From Phoronis australis (taxonomy: Eukaryota; Animalia; Phoronida), in assembly GCA_002633005.1 (NCBI GenBank), contig NMRA01000430.1, positions 165,997-229,996 of the forward strand: DNA of 64,000 nucleotides, written 5' to 3'. Made by a program: the position numbers and the translations under genes. The notes below the pieces were generated by a model that was given only the letters and a program-made list of their open reading frames with translations, searched no databases and had not been told where the DNA came from. Every line of letters begins with the position of its first letter. The first letter of the stretch is position 1. Of the stretch, positions 52,401-64,000 are shown piece by piece.

Positions 52401-55400
52401 TAGCATTTACAGGTAAATTAAAGGTGATACCTGAGTAGCATTTACAGGTAAATTAAGGGTGTCACATGAGTAGCATTTACAGGTAAATTAAGGGTGGTAC
52501 CTGAGTAGCATTTACAGGTAAATTAAGGGTGATACCTGAGTAGCATTTACAGGTAAATTAAGGGTGATGCCTGAGTAGCATTTACAGGTAAATGAAGGGT
52601 GGTGCCTGGGTAGCATTTACAGGTAAATGAAGGGTGGTGCCTGAGTAGCATTTACCGGTAAATTAAAGGTGGTGCCTGGGTAGCATTTACTGGTGAGCAG
52701 TGATCCCTAGCTAATCTTTACAAGTGAATCTTTATGTAACTCTTGTGGACTGACTGAGCAAATTAATTATCATGTGTTTTATAGAAAGGTATGTCATGGC
52801 TTGCACTAATGTGTAATGTGCTAGTTGGAAAAGTTTGTAGTTATGTTAGAATCTGACCAAAACCTTTTGTATTATACAGGAAAAGAATGGCCTTCTGTTC
52901 TGGATATGTTTTCAACAAATGAATGTAGGATTCCTCTCACTTATATTCTAATGATGCTTTGTGTAAGTTGGCAAAGATGGCAGCAAATTTCCCTAATACA
53001 AGTATGGTTGAAGACAACTCTGACTTATGTGGATTCCGGCGTCCTCAGAGCTGTCATAGTGTCGGAAGAACACACGCTCGTAAGCACACTGTGTAACAAC
53101 TGACCAATACTAATAGTGATAATGAAGAGAACACATACATATATAAACATAATTAATATATGTTGCACATATTCTCATTATAAATTAGACGTGTATTTGT
53201 GACACAACTCATTCTAAACAAGTTCACTTTGTTGTAGGTGGTTTACTCGGTGGCGTCTACGTCATGCTTATCTGGCCCGAGTTAGTTGACCGCGTGATGA
53301 CCTGTCCACATGGCCGCACCATGTTTGTCACCATGTTGTGTTACATCTGTGAGATCCTTTTCTCTGTCTGGACGACAGCGTACAACTTTGTGCCGGGAGG
53401 GGAATACACGCGTCAACACACAGACTACCTCCTTGGCTTTATTATAGTGTCTATAGCGTTTGCTCTCTATACTGGTAAGAGCAAAGTGCAAAAACATAGG
53501 AACCATTCTGCCTCGCTAGCATCTAGCAAGCTATGCGTGCTAGATGATGTCAGAAGTAGTGATTTATTCTGTGTAATTATGCCACTGGCCCCTTTTTATT
53601 GAAATAAACACACTATATAAACACACTATATAGTTCCACACACAGACATGTCAGTTTAAACAAATTGCAAAAACGAGAGAAAAAACAAAAGCTACAATTC
53701 ACCATCTAATGCAGTACTTCTCCGTTTCTCTGTATGGACTAAGAGCTTGGTTATGACATTAATATTTTGTGATCTCATCAAGTGATCATAAACAAGTGGT
53801 ACATCTATTACAACAACTGGAATGATAAATTTTCATTGAAGGTCCACATACAAAAGGCATACTTAAAGAAGAAATGGCATTCACTCTCAGTAATTGGCAT
53901 CACATATGATGGTACCAGATGGCGCTAGTGTAAAGCAAGCTATCAATAGGGCTTTGTGAATAGGCTTGCCACCTTGCTAGCGTACACTAGAAATGGCCGC
54001 CACTGAGAATGATTGGATGGGGATGTGGAGTATTGAATTATGGGAGAAACGTGCTGATTCTGTTCCATAAGCCAAGATTTCTCATTTAGAGATCGTGAGT
54101 AGCCTTGCAGAATGCACCCTCCTTTGTTTAATGGCTTCTTCTTTATTAGCTTAGATCCAACCCAGATGGACCCTCATAGGCTATGCTCAGTTCATGCCTC
54201 ACATCTGCATCAAAATGACTCGTGTGGATTTGTGAGGGAGTGAAGCAAATATCTCTCTTGTTTGATTACTCTCCTGAAAGGGCCTATTGCTCATGGATGG
54301 CGGGCGATGAGAGATGCCAAAATGCTTGATTGATTGGCTTTGCTGGCCAACAAAATTTAGCCATTCACTCACGCAGCGTTATCATGGCAAATTCTAGTGG
54401 AGTTCTTTTATGAACACAGGACAGAGTAAAATGAAATCCTTAATCCCTTCAATGGGTTGAGTGCAAATGAGCTGATCCACTTGAAGGGGGTGTGAGCCAG
54501 TGTGTCGCTATAGACCATGTATTGTCGTCAATTCCATGTTGCCCCTTTCGCGGATTAAAAATGATTTCTTGTCTATAAGAACTGGCAGTACATTTATTGT
54601 TTCCGACCAGGCTCATAGTGTTTGCTTGTCATGGTGGGTTAGTTTTAGGGGGATTCTAGGCGTTCTATTTCAACCAATTTCAATTCAAACAAATAAAGTT
54701 GCTTTAGAACAGTAAATGCTGTAGTGAAGAATGTTGTCTATGATAATTGAACATGGTTAAACTTCGTAGCTGCTTTTGATCATTTTTTTGGTGGGAATAG
54801 TTTGCAAAAACATTTGCTAAGAGCTGTTGCTGTCCTAGTCACCTCGTAATTACCATTGTTACTTTCATGACTTCCAACTTTTACTTTCAATGCTCTTATT
54901 GTGCTCTGTGTGTCCTGTTGTTTGTTTTTCTCTAAAAACGTTCTGTTTCAGGCTCATCGGACTCAAAAAACACAATCTGTATGTCTGCTGACTCCATAGG
55001 ATCTGGTCGGAAAATAAAGGCTTGTGAGTATCAAATAACTACGTAAATTGACTAACCCTACTGAACCATTCTCAAATAAACACAGAAAAATCAGGAACCC
55101 CAACTGGGAATCGAACCACATGTCTCTAGATTGCCAGTCTAGTGCTCTCACCACTGAGCTACTGAGGACCCGATATCTGTGCAGTTACTGTTTACAGCCA
55201 ACTGTTAAGCCATACATCCCATGAGCGGCGTATCGTATGACTTAACAGTTGGCTGTAAACAGTAATTGCACAAATATTGGGTCCTCAGTAGTTCAGTGGT
55301 GAGAGCACTAGACCGTCAATCTAAAGACCTGTGGTTCGATTCCCAATTGGTGTTCCTGATTTTTCTGTTTATTTGATATATTTCACTGCTGGCCAACCTC

Positions 55401-58400
55401 AGCATCTATATATTTACTATATCTAATTGAACCATTCTCCTTTGATTAAGTAATCATGAATTTTTAAATGCAGTTCAAAAATCAAATCTTGAACAGCGAG
55501 GCGATGAGTGTTGAGTATTGTGCGAAGAAAAGGTGGTTATTTGTGTTGATTTGAGCTATGAGAAAGCGGATATATATATATGTATATATGTATATAGTGG
55601 TCTGTGAGGAAGAGGTGAAAGATTCAAAAAGCACACCCTTTCATGTATGAAAAGCTCTTCCTGCCCTGATTGGATGACTGTGATTGCTGACATCACCGGG
55701 CATCTGAACAAGAAAGGATTGAAAAATGTTCACGCATAATGAAAGTTAAAACAATTCAAATGGACTTTATTGTGACTTGAATACCACTACTGTTATTTAC
55801 TGCTACAGTTTGATACCAAATAATGGGACGTTTAATGAAAAACTGCAAACTGCACCTCTCCAGGAATAAGAGTTTGTTGAAGTCACCTATTTCACCTAAA
55901 GTGCTTGATGCTCTGAGAAATTGTGAAACCCAGTTTGATATCGTGCATGAAGCCTTGCTTCCAGTGCTTCACACCATTTTTATAATTATAAAATGCACAA
56001 CTTCACTTCCAATCCCAATTTTAGTTCATGCCTTATTAATTCACTCTCCAGTTGATGCAAATCTTTGATGGAAACATTTCAGCATTAACCTCACTGTATA
56101 ATAGGCTGGTATCCTCACACTATGGTTTCAGAGTAGTTTGTAGTTTGTCATGAACGAACAGTGTTTTGAGAGGGTCAAGGCATGGTTATATGAAAACACT
56201 GAATTATCCAGTTGCGGGTGTGGTTGATGAAAATGTCAACATCTACTCAGAGTTGACACTGCATCACTTCTGTGTTGATGTAGAATATTTTGTCTTTAAC
56301 AAGAGTTAATGTAAAACTTAATCAGAAAAATTATGACTTGTGTAAGAAGTGCTTCGTAAACTTCATTTATTTACCATGTTTTGACAAGTCATATGGTCTT
56401 GGTTAAATCTTATTTGAGAGCACAGCATATTACAATGGTGAACTGGCATTCCCCAAAACAAGAAAACAGATAAGATAACCGTTTTTGTTTCACTACTAAA
56501 GAAGGTTGGTTATGCGGAGAACATGTTACCTGCACATTGGTCATTTTATATTTTCTATTTTACCTCATCTGCTTTGTCTGAAGTGGCTTCCAATATCACC
56601 AGTTTTTCATTAAAGTCCATCGTTACCATTGACCTGATATGAAAATGGTTGCATTACGTTGTCATCCTATGCTTTCAGCATGCTATAATTTGGACAGCCC
56701 AGCCTGTCTCATGTTGTGTTAGTGAGTATATTGGTGTCCCCACTGCTTGAAAACCTACTTTAAATTAATGTTGTTCACCTGCTTTTCCTCCAATCACCAG
56801 CAAGGTGATATCACAGCACATTTCAGGCATCCGAGTTGACCAGGCTTTGGTTGGTGACGATTATCAAACTGTCTTATCTTCTGTAACCATGACAACAAGG
56901 ATGTTGATTCTTCAGATGATGATGTTGGCTTCACCAGTTGATCTTGCAGGGAATCCTCTTACACCCTCGGAGATCTCATTTTGACTTAGGTCCGCGTTGT
57001 ACTGCTAGTAATGTGCACCAGATGATCATATTGTGATCAGAACTCAGAGCCTTAGTACTGTGTACCAGTTGATCATGTTGTGAACTCTCTTGCCCTTAGT
57101 AATGTGCACCAGTTGATCATGTTGTGAATTCTCTGACCCTTAGTAATCTGCACCAGTTGATCATGTTGTGAACTCTCTTGCCCTTAGTAATGTGCACCAG
57201 TTGATCATGTTGTGAACTCTCTTGCCCTTTGTAATGTGCACCAGTTGATCGTGTTGTGAACTCTCTGACCCCTCTCCCATCCCTCTGTGTTCCCTCTCAC
57301 AAGCTATTCGGCTGCGCCTTTATTTGTTGAGATTGTGTAGTCCATATAATAGCATCGGTGTTTGTTAGTAAACCATATCACATATCTTGTTGATTTCCGT
57401 TCAGTACATTCCTGACTAGCAGGTTTAGGATGATGTGGTAAATTTTATTACATTGTTCAGTTCAGTTAAGATTCACTGTTCTAAGGCATCATTATCTAAG
57501 CAATAGTACAGGTTGTTATGAGTCCTGTAGATGCTGATCTGCACCTGTAAATGTTGACCTGCACCTGTAAATGTTGTCCTACACCAAGAATATGTCTACT
57601 TACACCTGTAAATGTTGACCTACACCTTCAAATGTTGATTGACACCTTTAGATGTTGACCCACATCTGTAAATGTTGACCTACACCTGTATGTTTACCTG
57701 CACCAGTCCTGTAAATGTTGACCTAAATCTATAAAGGTTAACCTGCACCTGTAAATGTTGACCTGTGCCTGAAAATGTTGACTTGCACCCAAGTCTTGAA
57801 AATGTTGACCAATGCCTGTAAATGTTGACCAATGCCTGAAAAAGTTGACCTACTTCTGTAAAATAAAATGCTGACCCACACTTAATTAAAAACCTGTGAA
57901 TGATTCAAAGCAGTTGCTGAGATTTAGGGTGTTACATTATGTTGCCTGTGATGTATTGATTACACTAAATGTGTTGTATTTTTATTTTAGTTTTGGTTGT
58001 GCTGTTCCTTGCTGGTGGTGCTGGTATGGTGACTAGGTTGGAGTCGAACAGTTTCTCACCTCCGTCTAGATTAAAGGTAACTTTATTTTTGAAATGAGTT
58101 GTGAGTAAATGCAAAGACTGGTTTACCAAATTGATTTTGGAAATGCTGAGCGCTACATGCGTCACTACTGATGACAGTGTCGTTTAGTGAGTTTTATACA
58201 CAGATTGTTGGTAGCCTAGACATATTTTAGTTATTCCTGAAAAAGCAGTAAGAGATCACACTCAGGGTTAATTAGTATGTGTACATCGATGTTGTATGAT
58301 AATGGTATCGAAAATGTGTTGTGCCAACTTCATCATAAATTATTAGCATTTTGTGATTACCTCGTCTTCATATTTTGGAAGTTTGGTATAGATTTGTGAC

Positions 58401-61400
58401 TTATTTTATAGTTATGTCTTGGAGTAGTTAACCTTGTCACACTCTTCTTTCTGTGTATTTGTGACCCCTTCTTGTTGGGCATTAGTTGAGAATTGTTGTT
58501 ACAGGCAAAATTTCGTGAAATAATGGATTGACTTGAGTCTGACTTTACACAAAGTGGGCGTGGTTGCTACATCTTACTCAATTGAAAAAATGTTAGTGAA
58601 GTATCTGCTGCTTGTAACTGCTTGGTTTATTTATAGCCTCATAATGTTTTCCGTGCTGCCATCTGGACTGTGCACTTTGGTTACGACAACAAAGGTTGGC
58701 CAAGCTTGGAGCGAGCTGCCCAGCTGTTGAACAACTCAGGTATGGATAGCTATCATAACCTTGTAGTTCAAGAACACAGGTATGTATAAATATCATAGCC
58801 ACGTTGTTGTACAACACCTATACAGATAGATATCATAGCCATACAGTTGAACTACGTAGATACGGGTAGATATAGCCGTGTTGTTGAACAACACGGGTAG
58901 GGATAGATATCAATATCCTGGTCAATGCAGTTGAACAACACTGATACAGATAGATATCATAGCCATGCAGTTGAATAACACAGGAAAGCTCTTGTGTAGG
59001 CAGCAAAATCACCATGGGTTTTTATTTGGTCATTGTAGTAGGTGGCACCCTGACACAGTAAATACGTGTTTTTATTCATGCCTTCACATTTTATGCTGTG
59101 ACTGATAAACTATACTATTTCCCGCATTGCCATAAGTGGTTCTGTTTGTCTGCCTGTAGCCTGTGTACACCGGTAAGCAGTGTAGCACTTGTTATTTTAG
59201 GAGCGGATGTAATCACGCTGCTGGAAAGTGATGCCTCCAAACCCTACCTGGGTAACAATGACTTGGGAATGTGGCTGGGTGAGAGGCTGTCTATGTATGT
59301 TGACTTTGGTCCATCAACCCAAGATCACACGTGGGGGTAAGTAGTCACGGGCTGCAAGTAGTGGTTGGAAGGGAGATTTTTGGTATTTTTTTCCATTGTA
59401 TGAAAAAAATAGAAAAGCCATTCATCTTTAGTGAGTGATGTGTGAGTCAAAGACGTGAAGCATGATTGAAGTAGATTAATTATGTATAATTGACGACTGG
59501 TATGTGAATCAAAGAGTTGAATATTGTGCAGTGGAACATGTCGTGAACACATCCACTAAAACAAGAAACTGTAGGAACACCGCATTTATCCACCTTCACT
59601 CTTATCAGGCTTCTATTGTGAGTCAGCATGCGTGAATAATTGGCTGATAAGCCACCTCTGGAACTACTTTTGGCTGAATGGATGACCAGGCCATAAAATG
59701 ATAATATTAGCCAAGACCAGTTACTAATGCAACAAAGAATANTTCACTGTTCTAAGGCATCATTATCTAAGCAATAGTACAGGTTGTTATGAGTCCTGTA
59801 GATGCTGATCTGCACCTGTAAATGTTGACCTGCACCAAGAATATGTCTACTTACACCTGTAAATGTTGACCTACACCTTCAGATGTTGATCGCCACCTTT
59901 AAATGTTGACCCACATCTGTAAATGTTGACCTACACCTATATATGTTTACCTGCACCAGTCCTTTAAATGTTGACCTAAACCTATAAAGGTTAACCTGCA
60001 CCTGTAAATGTTGACCTGTGCCTGAAAATGTTGACTTGCACCCAAGTCTTGAAAATGTTGACCAATGCCTGTAAATGTTGACCAATGCCTGAAAAAGTTG
60101 ACCTACTCCTGTAAAATAAAATGCTGACCCACACTTAATTAAAAACCTGTGAATGATTCAAAGCAGTTGCTGAGATTTAGGGTGTTACATTATGTTGCCT
60201 GTGATGTATTATACTAAATGCGTTGTATTTTTATTTTAGTTTTGGTTATGCTGTTCCTTGCTGGTGGTGCTGGTATGGTGACTAGGTTGGAGTCGAACAG
60301 TTTCTCACCTCCGTCTAGATTAAAGGTAACTTTATTTTTGAAATGAGTTGTGAGTAAATGCTGAGCGCTACATGCGTCACTACTGACGACAGTGTCGTTT
60401 AGTGAGTTTTATACACAGATTGTTGGTAGCCTAGACATATTTTTGAGAGTTATTCCTTAAAAAGCAGTAAGAGATCACGCTCAGGGTTAATTAGTATGTG
60501 TACATCAATGTTGTATGATAATGGTATCGGAAATGCGTTGTGCCAACTTCATCATAAATTATTGGCATTTTGTGATTACCTCGTCTTCATATTTTGGAAG
60601 TTTGGCATAGATTTGTGACTTATTTTATAGTTATGTCTTGGAGTAGTTTACCTTGTCACAGTCTTCTTTGTGTGTATTTGTGACCCCTTCTTGTTGGGCA
60701 TTAGTTAATAATTGTTGTTACAGGCAAAATTTCGTGAAATAATGGATTGACTTGAGTCTGACTTTACACAAAGTGGGTGTGGTTGCTACATCTTACTCAA
60801 TTGAAAAAATGTTAGTGAAGTATCTGCTGCTTGTAACTGCTTGGTTTATTTATAGCCTCATAATGTTTTCCGTGCTGCCATCTGGACTGTGCACTTTGGT
60901 TATGACAACAAAGGTTGGCCAAGCTTGGAGCGAGCTGCCCAGCTGTTGAACAACTCAGGTATGGATAGCTATCATAGCCTTGTAGTTCAAAAACACAGGT
61001 ATGTATAAATATCATAGCCACGTTGTTGTACAACACCTATACAGATAGATATCATAGCCATACAGTTGAACTACGTAGATATGGGTAGATATAGCCGTGT
61101 AGTTGAACAACACGGGTAGGGATAGATATCAATATCCTGGTCAATGCAGTTGAACAACACTGATACGGATAGATATCATAGCCATGCAGTTGAACAACAC
61201 AGGAAAGCTCTTGTGTAGGCAGCAAAATCACCATGGGTTTTTATTTGGTCATTGTAGTAGGTGGCACCCTGACACAGTAAATACGTGTTTTTATTCATGC
61301 CTTCACATTTTATGCTGTGACTGATAACCTATTATCTATTTCCCGCATTGCAATAAGTGGTTCTGTTTGTCTGTCTGTAGCATGTGTACACCAGTAAGCA

Positions 61401-63942
61401 GTGCAGCACTTGTTGTTTTAGGAGCAGATGTAATCACACTGCTGGAAAGTGATGCCTCTAAACCCTACCTGGGTAACAATGACTTGGGAATGTGGCTGGG
61501 TGAGAGGCTGTCTATGTATGTTGACTTTGGTCCATCAACCCAAGATCACACGTGGGGGTAAGTAGTCACGGACTGCAAGTAGTGGTTGGAAGGGAGATTG
61601 TTGGTATTTTTTTCCATTGTATGAAAGAAATAGAAAAGCCATTCATCTTTAGTGAGTGATGTTTGAGTCAAAGACGTGAAGCATGAATGAAGTAGATTAA
61701 TTATGTATAAATGACGACTGGTATATGAATCGAAGAGTTGAACATGTGCAGTGGAAGGTGCCAGCAATGGGTAAACAAGTCTTATGTTCAGCATTTGATC
61801 ACAATGTATGGCTGATCATTCGTGGAATTCCAATTTTACACAAAATTCCTAGTCTTGTGGAGAGAAGTTATGGTCTACTGAGTTAAAGGTTAATGCTGTG
61901 ATCTTTGAAACAAAGATATTTCATTACAGCGTTTTCCAATTGCTCCCAACGTGTTCGATTCTATAGCCCAACAACAAGTTGGGAAGAACACCCCTGTTGC
62001 CAATATCTTACACGACTGATTAACTCCACTCTGGCATTCATGGTTGGAGGGCCAGCTCTCTTTTGTTCGTTAATTGCTCTAATCTCCAGTAAGATCATAT
62101 CTACCCTGACTGGGCTGTGCTGCTAAAGTAAAAGTTAAGTTATATCATATTTGAACATAAACCAATAGCATATCTGAAATCCTCGTCAAATGGGGATCAT
62201 GTTTAGTGTTTGAATTGCTAAAATTGCCTAACTACAACCGAAGTTACGACAATCTATTCTTTCCGAATATACCAATTCGCTCTGGGTTTGACTCGTGTTC
62301 ACATGTGGTCTGTAATAAGCCTGGTAGATAATTGGCCTGCCTGTTGTCATAACAGACAAAAGACTGTGCTTGGCAGTTAACAAAGAAGCTAGATGTTATC
62401 ACACTCTCACAACCCTCTATGTCTGGTAAAGTCACGTTTGTGTTGCATTCTGAAAACAACTTACGGTTTTACTCCCCCAATGCTTCTATTTTGCACATTT
62501 CTATTTCGCAGTAACCTGCTGCTGTCGAAGTATCCGTTTGTAAAATCCCAGCATCATTTACTACCTTCACCGTATGGAGAGCTTGCTCCAGCTATCACGG
62601 CAACCGTGAATATGAGCGGCCACCTGGTGGACTTTGTTGTCACCCACATGGGCAATGACAGGGATGTCTATGACAGGGAATTACAAGCCAAGTTTCTAGC
62701 TAAGGAGCTTAAAAAGTGGTAAGTCATCTGTTTGATGAACATCTTGGTGAACTGTGAACGTTTGATCATGTTACTCATTATCTCTCGACTGGCACTATGT
62801 GAAATGGACGTCTTTCATAATGCTTTGTAGAGTTAAATGACGACTTCAACATTGCACTTGTTGATCAATTCACCCAATATAAATTGGATCGAGGTTTCCT
62901 ACTGGAATCATGCTAACCTTGAAATGCATAAAGATGGTTCACTACGATATTTTGCATACGAGCAAGTGTTAGTGTATAACGCGAAGTCACACAACCAGTT
63001 GTTGCAGCTAAATTACTGTGTTTTTGTCACGTGTTTCAGTTTAAGAATCAATGCAGTGAGACTCTAATTTATCTTAGCTGGGAAATTTGATGTGTGGCAT
63101 AGCCATACAATATTGCCTGGTCCTGTAGGATTTCTGAACAAGTCCTCTGAAAGCTTGAGGAGGCGCCCTCAACTGTTGTGTTGTGTTGCTACTAGTTGCG
63201 TGTTTTTTCATTTCTAGTGAGAACCCCACGGTGTTCCTAGGTTACATAACGTCGGCCCCTGGCAGTCGTGATTATGACTGTTTCATCCAGCAGGGTGATA
63301 TGAAAGATATAGATGATACTGATACGGAAAGATGGTGTGAATATATCATGTACAAGAAGTTGGTTAGGTGAGTCTGTGTCAGTCAAGGTGATATGAAGGA
63401 TATAGACATTGTAGATAGAGACAACATGGCTTACCAGAGACTGATGGTGTTAGGAAGGTCAGAACCATGTTCTCTTCTTTGAGGACATGTCATAAAGTGT
63501 CATGTCAGTCAATCCTAATATATCAAGGTGTGGAAACCACACATTAGAAAGTTATGTCAATGTTCTTAGCATAGGTGTATATTCACATGTGGTTAGGATT
63601 AAGAATCACGTACGTTTTGGCCATGGGACGGAGGTTGTCAGTGTCCCCTGACGAGGGTTATTTTACAATCACGGGTTGCAGAATATTATGACCATATCAA
63701 GACTTGCTGTGCTGTAACGTTGTTGTTATCCAGTTAGCAGAACTTCATGTGTGTCTGTCCTTACAACATGACATCCATGATTTCAGATTGGGTTACGCTA
63801 GAGTCTCTCATGGTGGCTTGAGTGACACTGAGCTTCAACTAGCTACCTTTAAAATACCTCAAGATTTGTCGGATTACAAGGATAATCATTTGCTTACCAC
63901 AGATCCATCAAAGGTCTCAAAGCAACTTCGCTTCTCCTCAAA
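46445..63942 (+). CDS. CWH43: CWH43 / PGAP2-interacting protein (multi-pass membrane region plus C-terminal EEP-like domain, GPI lipid remodelling); 3' end lies beyond the window
   Basis: Exons 46445-46511, 47468-47780, 48310-48464, 49569-49755, 50233-50381, 53238-53474, 54952-55023, 57991-58076, 58637-58739, 59201-59336, 62512-62718, 63218-63367, 63787-63942; all GT-AG with compatible phases. Peptides [104 protein letters not shown] and [16 protein letters not shown] match CWH43 as recalled. Duplicate exon copies lie at 51454-51640, 52124-52272, 60240-60325, 60856-60958 and 61422-61557. Confidence 0.95.
47327..47398. other. 72-bp hairpin/mini-MITE in a CWH43 intron
   Basis: GTGCCCGAATTTTGAGAACCAG pairs with CTGGTTCTCAAAATACGGGCAC. 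Confidence 0.7.
49458..52695. repeat. Tandem copies of CWH43 exons 4-5 and flanks, joined by a single N at 51342
   Basis: 49458-51341 matches 51343-~52695, differing by SNPs/indels and minisatellite length. Confidence 0.85.
50372..51341 (+). repeat. 35-bp minisatellite AGCATTTACAGGTAAATGAAGGGTGGTGCCTGAGT
   Basis: Period 35 (for example 50581 and 50616), roughly 28 units; a shorter, more diverged array lies at 52263-52695. Confidence 0.95.
55074..55427. mobile_element. Palindromic twin tRNA-derived (SINE-like) insert with a 12-bp direct flanking repeat
   Basis: Arms 55072-~55214 and ~55237-55376 are inverted. Each has a tRNA-like segment: plus copy 55279-55356 with A box TAGTTCAGTGG and B box GGTTCGATTCC, and minus copy ~55092-55170. 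TGAACCATTCTC occurs at 55062-55073 and 55428-55439. Confidence 0.8.
57005..57272 (+). repeat. 44-bp minisatellite CCCTTAGTAATGTGCACCAGTTGATCATGTTGTGAACTCTCTTG
   Basis: CCAGTTGATC at 57065 and 57109; about six units. Confidence 0.9.
57525..57880 (+). repeat. 20-bp minisatellite TGCACCTGTAAATGTTGACC (second copy 59795-60130)
   Basis: Degenerate 20-mers seen directly. Confidence 0.9.
58723..58985 (+). repeat. ~40-bp degenerate minisatellite starting inside CWH43 exon 9 (second copy ~60942-61205)
   Basis: Units GTTGAACAAC.CAGGTATGGATAG.TATCATAGCC recur about six times from the exon end. Confidence 0.75.
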
Positions 63943-64000
63943 GTAAGTTCTTGATTGGTGGAATGTATCATATCTGTAATGTGGTTGTGTAGTTGTCTGG

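Larger units (their letters stand above)
57472..61755. repeat. Tandem copies of CWH43 exons 8-10 and flanks, joined by a single N at 59742
   Basis: 57472-~59535 matches 59743-~61755. Confidence 0.85.

Noticed and set aside
53985-54399. CACTAGAA...TTCTAGTG as a CACTA element
   Set aside because: Short imperfect TIR and no TSD; not enough support.
55279-55356. Functional tRNA gene
   Set aside because: Poor acceptor-stem pairing, the arms disagree at the anticodon, and it sits inside a TSD-flanked palindrome; treated as a tRNA-derived repeat.

Overview
AT-rich, intron-rich animal genomic DNA, probably a marine invertebrate (inferred from intron structure and repeat style). It is a draft assembly with one N-gap (43204-43908) and four single-N joins, each between near-identical tandem copies that are probably uncollapsed haplotypes. 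The ORF track misses the real genes because they are spliced. Reading splice sites by hand gives three multi-exon genes. (1) Minus strand 10406->143: a ~13-exon, ~770-aa KDZ (Kyakuja-Dileera-Zisupton)/HMGXB3-like transposase with Zn-binding motifs. It looks decayed: the last catalytic Glu reads Ala and one donor is broken. (2) Plus strand 21012->36137: an 8-exon, ~232-aa protein that is almost entirely a divergent NRF1/EWG/P3A2-type DNA-binding domain, oriented head-to-head with the transposase. (3) Plus strand from 46445: CWH43 (PGAP2-interacting protein), running off the window end. The spacers and introns hold non-autonomous DNA transposons (Kolobok-like TTAA, Harbinger-like TTA, CAGGG-ended), short hairpin elements, a palindromic twin tRNA-like insert with a 12-bp target duplication, and minisatellites that start at exon donor sites. 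The best candidate for an undescribed system is the divergent KDZ transposase plus NRF1-domain gene pair, possibly one large two-gene element; no termini were found, so this remains a hypothesis.
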